Source: Patescibacteria group bacterium (GTDB lineage: Bacteria; Patescibacteriota; Patescibacteriia; Veblenbacterales; UBA10138). From it: a DNA stretch of 64,000 nt. This document shows, piece after piece, positions 28,108 through 36,533 of this stretch. The stretch covers positions 45,723 to 109,722 of the forward strand of contig JBAZQK010000003.1 in NCBI GenBank assembly GCA_041645215.1. The letters run 5' to 3'. The first letter of the stretch is position 1. Each line of letters opens with the position of its first letter. The notes beneath the pieces are model-generated. The model did no database searches and had not been told where the DNA came from. It saw only the letters and a program-made list of their open reading frames with translations. A program made the position numbers and the translations under genes.

Positions 28108-30579
28108 TCACGCAATAACCTTGATATATTTAGAATCAATATAATTAACAAATGAACTACGGCTCATTGGCCGATTATATGAATCAAAACTACTGTAAGA
28201 AATAAATACTTTACTTTTAGCACGCGTCATCGCCACATAAAAGAGCCGTTTTTCTTCCTCAAGATCACTTGCTTTGTATACAGGGAATTTAGATTCATTC
28301 ATTCCAACAATAAAAACATAATCAAACTCCAAGCCCTTGACTTGATGCACGGTTACAATGGGAATTTTACCCTGATCTAAACCCAAAAAATGTATATCCT
28401 TAACAAGAGAAGAATAATGAATCAATTCTCGGATAACTATATCAGCCGGACGCTCTAAATCATCTCGTTCTTTGAATATAGTAATAAGCGTTTCAATTGA
28501 TTTAAAGCGTTGTTCTTTAGCCGCATCCGTTTCATAATAATTCTTTAATCCAGAATTCTCCCAGATATAGCGAAGCGCGTCGGCCGGCCGTTTTTCTTTT
28601 ACTAATTTTTCCCAATTCCCAATCAAAGAGCTAAGTTGGATAAATTTTTTAAAAAATTCTTTAAAGAGTTTGGCGCGCTGATCCTGATGTTCCTTAAGTT
28701 TATTAACTAAAACACCTAATAAACCAACGGTTGCCGCGACGTCGTCTTTAGCATCATGAGTAGCGGTGGCTAAATTAAGCTTGGTGGCCAAAGTACTTAA
28801 TTTATAATTTTCTGATTCTATAAATCTTTTAGCCAAATCCAAAGTATCATAATATTCTATAATATCAAACTGAATTCCCTGACGCTTGCCGTTCTCTATA
28901 ATCATAGAAATATCAAATGTAATGTTGTGGCCAACCACTATATCCTCGCCAATAAACCGCTTTAATTCCAGTAGCACCTCTTTAGGATCGCGACCATCAC
29001 TTTGCAAAAACTCATCAGTAATACCATGCACCTCTTCGGAAAAACTCACAGGGATTGTATTCTTAAGGTGATAATGAAAATCCCCAGCCGGTTTACCGTT
29101 AATAACTTCGCTGGCGTATATTTGAATAATCTCATCTTTTAACACATTAGTACCAGTGGTTTCAATATCAAGTACAACGATTCTGCCTTTATTATGTCTA
29201 CTAATCAGATTACTAAACGGCTCATCAAAACGATAACTTCTAAAATTAAGGAAATCAGAAACTTTCAAACCAACAGTTGCGCCACGTTCACGAATAGCTT
29301 TTAAAGTCGCAGTACCAATATTGCGCGTAGGCCTTAAAACCAAACGAGAGGTGCTCTCTAAATCAAATTTATTAAAAATAACTTTTAGATAGGCATATAC
29401 ATCTTTTACTTCTTGCCTGCGAAAAAAATCATACTTATCCACGGTAATATGGGCAATATTTTTAGCTTCAAAAACTTCCGCTATTTGGCTAATTAAATAA
29501 TTAGCCCTAGTAAGCACCGCGATTTTTGCTCCAGATTCGGCGTCTCGAAGATTATTTATATTTTCAATAACCCAATCAACCTCTTCGTGCAGATTATGAC
29601 CGCCAAATAATTCAATGCATTTACTATTGCCAGACTCTGGCCGCAGAGATATGATTTTCTTGGTAGCTGACTTTTGTAAACTGGTTAAAAATGACTTAAC
29701 GGCATTTAAGATGGGCGCGCTAAAACGATAATTAATTTCCAAATGCAGCTCCTGAACGGGAGCGAAATGACTGCGAAAAATTTTAGTTATTAAATATGGT
29801 TCCGAACCACGCCAACCGTAAATTGTTTGATCAAGATCGCCAATAAGAGCGATGTTTTTATGAACTTTTGCCAACTCTTTAACCACCAAATATTCAGAAA
29901 GGTGCGTATCCTGAAACTCATCCAACTGAATGAATCTATATCGTTTTGACCATTTATTTTTTACCTTCTCATTGGTATACAAAGTTTTTAAAGTAACAAT
30001 AACCAACTCATTAAAATCGAGGGCATTTTGTTCGCGTAAGGCTGAAATATACTGCTCGCCAATTTTAATTAATACTTCATCCAAGACAATTGGCTTTAAA
30101 TTGCAACCAATCTCTCTCTCCACAAGATTTAGACGATAATCATACAATTGCTCAACTAGATCAAATATTCGTCGGTTATCATTTATGTAAGCGGACGAAA
30201 TCTCAGGATAACGTTCAAGAATATTTTTTATAGACTCTAGTTGGTCAGTATCGTCAAAAATAACAAAATCGGCAGGAATACCAATTTGTTTAGCTTCAAC
30301 TTTAATGAAATAAGCGCAAAAACCGTGAAAGGTCTTTAAGGTTAAGCCATCGAAAATTTCTTTTTTACCTATTCTCTTTTTAATTCTTTCGGCCATTTCC
30401 TCCGCGGCGCGGTTAGTAAAAGTTAAACAAAGAATTTCTTCGGGTTTAATACCAGAATCAAGGGCTGTCATTACACGTTCAGCAAGTACAGTTGTTTTAC
30501 CGGTGCCAACCGGAGCTGAAATTAAATACGCGCCACCGGTGGCGTCAATAATCTTTTTTTGAAGTTCATTAAATTTCAT
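28108..30579 (-). CDS. UvrD/PcrA-like SF1 helicase with an inserted DEDDh (DnaQ-like) 3'-5' exonuclease domain
   Basis: Helicase motifs I (APVGTGKTT), Ia (TFTNRAAEEM), II (DEFQDT), III (GDLDQTIYGWRGS), IV (YRFS), V (VTVHQVKGLEFDYV) and VI (YVAMTRAK). Exo I (VVLDIETTG), Exo II (VGHNITFDISM) and Exo III (HDAKDDVAAT) lie between helicase motifs IV and V, which is the 2B-domain position. Confidence 0.85.
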   Translation of the reverse strand: MKFNELQKKIIDATGGAYLISAPVGTGKTTVLAERVMTALDSGIKPEEILCLTFTNRAAEEMAERIKKRIGKKEIFDGLTLKTFHGFCAYFIKVEAKQIGIPADFVIFDDTDQLESIKNILERYPEISSAYINDNRRIFDLVEQLYDYRLNLVEREIGCNLKPIVLDEVLIKIGEQYISALREQNALDFNELVIVTLKTLYTNEKVKNKWSKRYRFIQLDEFQDTHLSEYLVVKELAKVHKNIALIGDLDQTIYGWRGSEPYLITKIFRSHFAPVQELHLEINYRFSAPILNAVKSFLTSLQKSATKKIISLRPESGNSKCIELFGGHNLHEEVDWVIENINNLRDAESGAKIAVLTRANYLISQIAEVFEAKNIAHITVDKYDFFRRQEVKDVYAYLKVIFNKFDLESTSRLVLRPTRNIGTATLKAIRERGATVGLKVSDFLNFRSYRFDEPFSNLISRHNKGRIVVLDIETTGTNVLKDEIIQIYASEVINGKPAGDFHYHLKNTIPVSFSEEVHGITDEFLQSDGRDPKEVLLELKRFIGEDIVVGHNITFDISMIIENGKRQGIQFDIIEYYDTLDLAKRFIESENYKLSTLATKLNLATATHDAKDDVAATVGLLGVLVNKLKEHQDQRAKLFKEFFKKFIQLSSLIGNWEKLVKEKRPADALRYIWENSGLKNYYETDAAKEQRFKSIETLITIFKERDDLERPADIVIRELIHYSSLVKDIHFLGLDQGKIPIVTVHQVKGLEFDYVFIVGMNESKFPVYKASDLEEEKRLFYVAMTRAKSKVFISYSSFDSYNRPMSRSSFVNYIDSKYIKVIA

Positions 30580-30917
30580 AAATATGAAGCTCCTCGAGCT
30601 GATGGGACAGGAACGTGGGGTATTCCACTGTGGCGCCCGGGGTATCTTCCGCTACCCACCTTCGTCCTCCCAAGGCGGACTACGGCGGGTTATAAAGCCT
30701 AATCTCTCGTGCCCCAGTCCGCCCAAAGCCTACATGCAAAAAAACATATCTCGTCTATTATCCGTACTGCCTTTGGCCCCGACGCCGGCCGGTGGTAGGC
30801 AGAGGTCATCACCCCCAAGGTGACATCCACCCCTCAATGAACGTCGGGGTTTTAAGCGAAGCCCCGCTAAGCGGGGCGAAGGTGGATAAACATTAAGTCG
30901 GTCTTTATATTTTATGG

Positions 30918-31613
30918 CTATTTCTCATTATCCAGCGCTAACCTAAGCAAGAATATTGTTTCGGTCCTAAGTTTTGCGCGGGCCCAGTCTTTCTGACTTT
31001 CAGTCAACAAGTCGCCGAGACCATCGAGAATATGCCGATTATTCATCTTTTCCAGCAAATAAATACACTTGACTAAGACATCTCGGAAAGACATGTTTAA
31101 TCTTTTTTCCACAATCTTTTTATTGATCGGCCAATTATTTTTTGCAAAAAAATACACATCAAAAATATCACGGCTGGTTTTGCCGACTCGTTCATACATA
31201 GCCGTGAGTTTATTGGCAAACATATCTTCCTGAACCATAACCAGCATAGAAATGCCGAGCATTATTTTGAGTTCATATTGAGATCCAAAGTCTCGGCGAT
31301 TTACCTCGATTTTTATGTTTTGGGCTTTTGGATCGTAGGAGAGGACGATAATAAGGTTAAAACGTTTTATCCGCGATTCCTTTATTTCTCCATAGTTTCT
31401 CGCAATTTTTTGTATCTTTTCGAATACGTGGGTTTCTTTAGCTTCATCTAAAAGATCAAAATCAAGGTCTACTGAAATTCGATTGAGGTCATAGATCATA
31501 AATGCGGCGGTGCCGCCCTTAAACCCCAGATGGGAGGCAAGCGCAGTATCAGAATAAATATCCTTAAGGATCTGCAATTGTATTTTTTTATGTATTGAGG
31601 CATCTAACATCAT
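30918..31613 (-). CDS. AbiEii-like nucleotidyltransferase (type IV toxin-antitoxin toxin, DUF1814 family)
   Basis: The GFKGGTAAF ... RISVDLDFD motifs are characteristic of AbiEii/DUF1814 nucleotidyltransferases. Length is 231 aa. Confidence 0.65.
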   Translation of the reverse strand: MMLDASIHKKIQLQILKDIYSDTALASHLGFKGGTAAFMIYDLNRISVDLDFDLLDEAKETHVFEKIQKIARNYGEIKESRIKRFNLIIVLSYDPKAQNIKIEVNRRDFGSQYELKIMLGISMLVMVQEDMFANKLTAMYERVGKTSRDIFDVYFFAKNNWPINKKIVEKRLNMSFRDVLVKCIYLLEKMNNRHILDGLGDLLTESQKDWARAKLRTETIFLLRLALDNEK

Positions 31614-31679
31614 ATAGTTGCTTGTCCCATTAGATAATTCTTCAGTCTTTGTTTAACATAACGCTTGCCCCACGCGGCT

Positions 31680-31877
31680 TTAAGATATTTTTCTCCATGA
31701 GTGGCAGCTTGTTGATTTAGACAGGCTTCGTAATAAACCAATGCCAACGGCAAACGGTTCTTTGTGGATACCCTCCCTTCCATCGTTATGCAACTTCAAT
31801 CTATTCTTTAGATCATCGGTATAACCAGTGTATAATTTACTATCTTTTTTAATTCTAAGAACATATGTGTAGTACAT
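31680..31877 (-). pseudogene. Truncated GIY-YIG nuclease fragment (N-terminal motif only)
   Basis: YYTYVLRIKKDSKLYTGYTDDLKNRLKLHN is a GIY-YIG core motif. The ORF ends after 65 aa with no nuclease C-terminal part. Confidence 0.5.
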
Positions 31878-31883
31878 AAATAT

Positions 31884-32483
31884 CTAACGGGATGAACTCT
31901 TATAATGCTCAAAATACCTATTAACCTTCTTCACCATATTTTTATGGTGATAGATGGGTAATATTTGAAACACCCTATCCCAGTCCAATGAATCCAAGTG
32001 ATCAAAATGATAGTCCTTGCTTACGTAAATCCTGTCCAAAAAAGCCCTTTCCTTGGTAGCAATTGAATAACCGTCTTTATGCTCAATGCCGGTGGTGTTG
32101 CTTAAGACATAATCTTTCATTTTTACAAAAGAAATAGTATGTCCATCAACGGTGATGTCTCGGGTTACATAGGAAGCGACAAAAATCGTTTCGTAGTACT
32201 GAAAGTTAATTCCGGCTCGGGTTAAAACAGTTTCAAAACTGATATATGACGGAGTATATATTCGCGTCGCTAAATCAAAACGACTGTATTTTTTATCTTT
32301 AGCATACAAGCCGCGACGAACCCGAATCAACTTTCCGGATTTTACATAAGAATTTAATCGCACTCGAGCCGCGTTCTCGTTCTCACCACCCCATAACAAA
32401 GTTACATCTTTTGTTGAAAAGATGGTTTTATTGGATCTTAACAAGACCTCTAAAAATTCGCCTTTTTTGGGTTTTTTATCCAT
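31884..32483 (-). CDS. AbiEi-like transcriptional regulator/antitoxin
   Basis: About 200 aa with an N-terminal winged-helix-like region. It sits immediately upstream (in transcription order) of the AbiEii-like gene, which is the typical AbiEi/AbiEii arrangement. Confidence 0.5.
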   Translation of the reverse strand: MDKKPKKGEFLEVLLRSNKTIFSTKDVTLLWGGENENAARVRLNSYVKSGKLIRVRRGLYAKDKKYSRFDLATRIYTPSYISFETVLTRAGINFQYYETIFVASYVTRDITVDGHTISFVKMKDYVLSNTTGIEHKDGYSIATKERAFLDRIYVSKDYHFDHLDSLDWDRVFQILPIYHHKNMVKKVNRYFEHYKSSSR

Positions 32484-32999
32484 TTTTTACTGGATGTTAG
32501 GTTTAAACTAACTTCCAGTACTATTTTATACTGTAATCCAAATAAACACAAGGGTTAAGAGGTAAAAAATTTGCTCTTTATTTACCCTTGAAATCGCCAA
32601 ACCATCCTGATATAGTTAGCTAAGTGAAGCTCCACAACCTCATCCAGCCTTCGTTCGCCTTGGGAGGACTACGGCGGAGTAGGCCGGCCGTAATGTCATG
32701 GGATACGTGGGTCAACTAACCGGAACGTTTTTAAAATACAAATAAGACCCAGCTAAGTAGCTGGGTCTTATTTTATGAAACTCCCGACCGCATCCCGCTA
32801 AACGGGACGAAGGCTGGAAGCTACGGGGTATGCAGACAAAGGAGGATAAAAAATTAATCCTCTTGGCGGGCTCGATCCCGCCGCGGCGGAACGATCTTTA
32901 CCCCGTAGTGAGCTGTGCTCTACTACGGGGTTCTCCGTGACCCCGCCTAACTAGCTGGCGCTAGTATTACGGGGCAAGCCGGGAGACTTATATTCAGTG

Positions 33000-33072
33000 C
33001 GGGCTCGACCGGATTCGAACCGGCGATCTTCTCCGTGACAGGGAGACGTGTTAACCGCTACACTACGAGCCC
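33000..33072 (-). tRNA. tRNA-Asp (GUC)
   Basis: The reverse complement folds as a cloverleaf: acceptor GGGCUCG/CGAGCCC, anticodon stem-loop UCUCC-CUGUCAC-GGAGA with anticodon GUC, and T-arm GCCGGUUCGAAUCCGGU. There is no encoded CCA. Confidence 0.85.
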
Positions 33073-33248
33073 ACAGTACTCAATTTACGCTTTGACAGAT
33101 TAACACAGATTAAATTTGCTTTCAAGCTGGGGGGTTGGGAGCGATTTGTACCTGCTTATCCTTAACCACCAGCCGTCCCCGCACAAACCGCCCCGTGGAC
33201 GCGGGGCTAAGTCCGCCAAAATGGTTAATACAAAGGGCCTCTTGTATT

Positions 33249-34028
33249 TCATTCCCGCTGGCGACGCCAGTAAAACCACAGACCAGCGCCGGCGGCAATC
33301 GCCAAAACGGCAAACCAAATGCCGGTCCTTAAACCAAAAATAAGCAGTTGTTCATCAATCCGCAACCCTTCCAGCGCTAGCCTTAAAATACCGCTCAAAA
33401 CCAAATACTCGGCCAGTAAACTGCCGGATAAAACCGGTCGGCGTTTCCATAAATAAACAAAAATAAGTACCAGACCAATAGACTCGTACAAAAAAACCGG
33501 ATGAAAATAAACCTGATTCAAATAATCCAAGGGTCGAAACTGGTAACTTATCGGAATGCCCCACGGCAAGCTGGTGGGTAAACCAAAAAGTTCCTGGTTA
33601 AAATAATTACCCCAACGGCCAATCGCCTGCCCCAGGGCCAACGACGGCGCCAATACATCCAACCATTGCCCAAGCGGCTGTTGATTTTTTTTACACCACC
33701 AATAAAGCGCCGCACCGCCGCCGATTAGTCCGCCGTGCCAAGATAATCCCCCTTGCCATATTGCCAGAACACTGGACAGATGATCTTTAAAATACCACCA
33801 TTCAAAAACAAATACATCCACCAAGCGCGCCCCAATTAATCCGCCGACCACCAGCCAAATTATTAAGCCCTCCAACAAATTAACATTGATGTTTAATTTT
33901 TTTAAACGGCGCCGCACTAACCAATAACCCGCGCCCACCGCCACTGCCATTAACAAGCCATACCAATGAAAAGACAAAGGACCAAGAGTAAAAAAGACCG
34001 ATGATGGTAAATAAGTGTGGAGAAACAT
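33249..34028 (-). CDS. lgt: Prolipoprotein diacylglyceryl transferase
   Basis: Polytopic protein with the Lgt signature (GGLIGARL ... WQGGLSWHGGLIGG). Confidence 0.85.
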   Translation of the reverse strand: MFLHTYLPSSVFFTLGPLSFHWYGLLMAVAVGAGYWLVRRRLKKLNINVNLLEGLIIWLVVGGLIGARLVDVFVFEWWYFKDHLSSVLAIWQGGLSWHGGLIGGGAALYWWCKKNQQPLGQWLDVLAPSLALGQAIGRWGNYFNQELFGLPTSLPWGIPISYQFRPLDYLNQVYFHPVFLYESIGLVLIFVYLWKRRPVLSGSLLAEYLVLSGILRLALEGLRIDEQLLIFGLRTGIWFAVLAIAAGAGLWFYWRRQRE

Positions 34029-34209
34029 AAATACAAATCAAAATGCAAATATCAAAAATCAAAATTACATTTACACTTTTCGTGCCCGAGGCAGATCCGC
34101 CTTGGGCGGAGATTTTTAAATTTTAAACTGTATTTATATTCTACATCATTTAACCCAAATAAAAAATCCGCCCGGCTGGATAGTGGGACCGACTTTGACT
34201 GCCAACTAT

Positions 34210-34818
34210 TTATCCCCCAATCAATTTAGCCTGAATTAATTCCTTCAACTTTGTCCAGTCATCAACCTTTTCGCCATTGATAAAAAAAGTTGGCGTACTA
34301 TTCACACCGCGCTTGTCGCCTTCGCGCATATCGTCCCGCACCACACTCGCTTTGGCCCCGCTTAGCAGGCAGGCGGTAAACTTGGTCATATCCAAACTCA
34401 AGTCCTGGGCGTACTTGATAAGGTTACTGCGGGATAAAGCTGGTTGCTGGTCAAACAAAGTATTGTGATAGAGCCAAAATTTTTCCTGGTCATTGGCGCA
34501 CTCGGCGGCCTGGGCGGCTGGAAAAGCGTGAGTATGGATTGTTACCAACGGATAATGCTTATAAACGAATTTTATGCGGTCGCCAAACGTGTTCAACGCC
34601 TCTTTAACAGTAGTCTCGGCGGCCTTACAAGCCGGACACTGAAAATCAGAAAATTCCTCCACGGTTACTTTGGCGCTGTCGCTGCCCAGCGCCGGCCGCG
34701 GCGAATTAATATTGGGGTAAAACGGCTTAGTTTGCGACTGCCAAATCAATAAACCCGCCACTACCACCGCGACGGCGGCCGCGCCAACGCCAATATAAAG
34801 CGATTTGGACATAGACAT
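34210..34818 (-). CDS. DsbA-like thiol:disulfide oxidoreductase (membrane-anchored)
   Basis: N-terminal TM anchor and a thioredoxin-fold CxxC active site (FQCPACKAAE). Confidence 0.8.
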   Translation of the reverse strand: MSMSKSLYIGVGAAAVAVVVAGLLIWQSQTKPFYPNINSPRPALGSDSAKVTVEEFSDFQCPACKAAETTVKEALNTFGDRIKFVYKHYPLVTIHTHAFPAAQAAECANDQEKFWLYHNTLFDQQPALSRSNLIKYAQDLSLDMTKFTACLLSGAKASVVRDDMREGDKRGVNSTPTFFINGEKVDDWTKLKELIQAKLIGG

Positions 34819-34912
34819 AGCTTTTAATTATGAAACTCCCTCCCGCTGTCCGCCGGCCGGCGGACAGCGGGTCAGAATGACAGCTTATGGGTCAAACGCG
34901 AAAGTCCTAAAA

Positions 34913-35713
34913 TTATTCACCGGCCAAAGCCGCCTCAATAATCGGTTTGATTTGTTCAAATGGTACGGCGCCTTCAACCGGCGTACCATTAACAAAAGTG
35001 GTTGGTGTGCCACTAACGCCGTAACTCGTCCCTTCTTTTATGTCATTTTGGACTTTGGCCGCCATCTCGCCGCTATCCAAACAGGTTTTGAACTTAGATT
35101 CATTAACCCCCACTTCTTTGGCTAATTTGGGCAAATCAGCCAGAGCAAACCCAGTACCGTTAGCGGTAGTACGCTCAAAAATCTTATCAATATATTGCCA
35201 ATACTTATCACGGCCGCCAAGCTTTCCCACGCACTCGGACGCTTCCGCCTCTTTCTGGGCGTTAGCATGGAACGACAACGGGAAATGGCGATAAACCCAA
35301 CGAACTTTGCCGGCATATTGTTGCATAACTTGCTCCATAACCGGATGGAAACGTTGACAGAAAGGACATTCCAAATCGGAATATTCTACCAAAGTTACCG
35401 GGGCATTCTGGTCGCCGCGTATATAATCACTGTCCTTTATTGGAACATTAACTTTGGCCGGCGGCTGATTAGGAGCCGGCTGATTGCCATTATTATTGCC
35501 ACTATTATTGTTAACCGCCGCTACTTTGGAACCGTCACCTTTTTGACCCAACTTAAACCAGCCCTCACTACCACCTGAAGTTGCCAAGGCAACCACAAAA
35601 CCAATTAGACTAACCACGGCCACGCCGGTCGCCACGCCCATTATAAAAGTCAACTTCGGTGACGCCCCCGCAAATAAATTAGGTTTGATTTCGTCTGACA
35701 TATTTGTTAACAA
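34913..35713 (-). CDS. DsbA-like thiol:disulfide oxidoreductase (membrane-anchored, second paralog)
   Basis: TM anchor, a G/N-rich linker and a CPFC active site (YSDLECPFCQRFHP). Confidence 0.8.
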   Translation of the reverse strand: MLTNMSDEIKPNLFAGASPKLTFIMGVATGVAVVSLIGFVVALATSGGSEGWFKLGQKGDGSKVAAVNNNSGNNNGNQPAPNQPPAKVNVPIKDSDYIRGDQNAPVTLVEYSDLECPFCQRFHPVMEQVMQQYAGKVRWVYRHFPLSFHANAQKEAEASECVGKLGGRDKYWQYIDKIFERTTANGTGFALADLPKLAKEVGVNESKFKTCLDSGEMAAKVQNDIKEGTSYGVSGTPTTFVNGTPVEGAVPFEQIKPIIEAALAGE

Positions 35714-35957
35714 TTAAAGGTTATTAATAATACTTAATATTCTAGCACACTGCCGCCGTCAGCGCCAAAGTCATAAAGAGATGGTTTCAAAACCCTATTT
35801 CTGCTACAATCTCTGTTTTTTGACTGCGACTGCGTCAGATTTCCCAAAATGTCCTCATCGTAGCTACTGCTACGTTTCCGGGCATTTTGCTCATCTTCCT
35901 GGTCTCGTTTAAAAATCATAGCTTTCGCCACGAAAAGGGTTTTGAAACCATCTCTAA

Positions 35958-36530
35958 TTAATTTAACTTGGTAATCTTTTTGCTTATCAAAATCTGAACA
36001 CCAATCAACAGCAAAATCAAGACTACGGCGACATAGGGCAGGTCCTGCACCACAATTCGCAACAGGCCAAAACTGTGGCCTAACAGCTTGCCCAACCCCA
36101 CAAACAACACCGACCATAACAAGCTGGCAATTAAATCCACCTTGATAAAATCAGCCGTTGGCATTTTGGCAATCCCCGCCACAATTATGGAAGAATGCCC
36201 AAAACTATAAATAAACTTGGTCATAAACAAAGTAGTCTTACCGTTTTTGGCAAAATGGTTTTCCAGCCACGCCAACTTACTCGGCTTAAGCCATAAAAAA
36301 CGACCCCAGCGGTCAATTAATTTTCGTCCAAAACGACGGCCGGCTAAAAACCACAACCAATCGCCAATTACTGAACCTAAAAATGTAACAACCAAAGCCA
36401 GCGGCAGATTCATTAATGACATTGATACTAAAAATCCGGCCAGCAAGGGAAAAATTTCACCCTCCACCACGGCGCCTAAAAACAGCACCAAGTAACTGTA
36501 ATTAATTAACAGTTCTAATATCTTATCCAT
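35958..36530 (-). CDS. DedA/SNARE-associated family membrane protein
   Basis: Polytopic protein with the DedA signature (GRRFGRKLIDRWGRFL ... FMTKFIYSFGHSSIIVAGIAKM). Confidence 0.75.
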   Translation of the reverse strand: MDKILELLINYSYLVLFLGAVVEGEIFPLLAGFLVSMSLMNLPLALVVTFLGSVIGDWLWFLAGRRFGRKLIDRWGRFLWLKPSKLAWLENHFAKNGKTTLFMTKFIYSFGHSSIIVAGIAKMPTADFIKVDLIASLLWSVLFVGLGKLLGHSFGLLRIVVQDLPYVAVVLILLLIGVQILISKKITKLN

Positions 36531-36533
36531 AAG

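Noticed and set aside
33100-33343. ORFs 33100-33318, 33116-33343, 33122-33313 and 33135-33332 overlapping the tRNA-Asp flank and the lgt 3' end
   Set aside because: These are mutually overlapping short ORFs in all frames over a GC-rich stretch that includes the 3' end of lgt. They show no coding periodicity.
35734-36117. ORF 35734-36117 (-) overlapping the DedA gene
   Set aside because: Its 5' half overlaps the 3' end of the well-supported DedA CDS in another frame. Its remainder covers an inverted-repeat element (agagatggtttcaaaaccc / gggttttgaaaccatctct at about 35774-35955).
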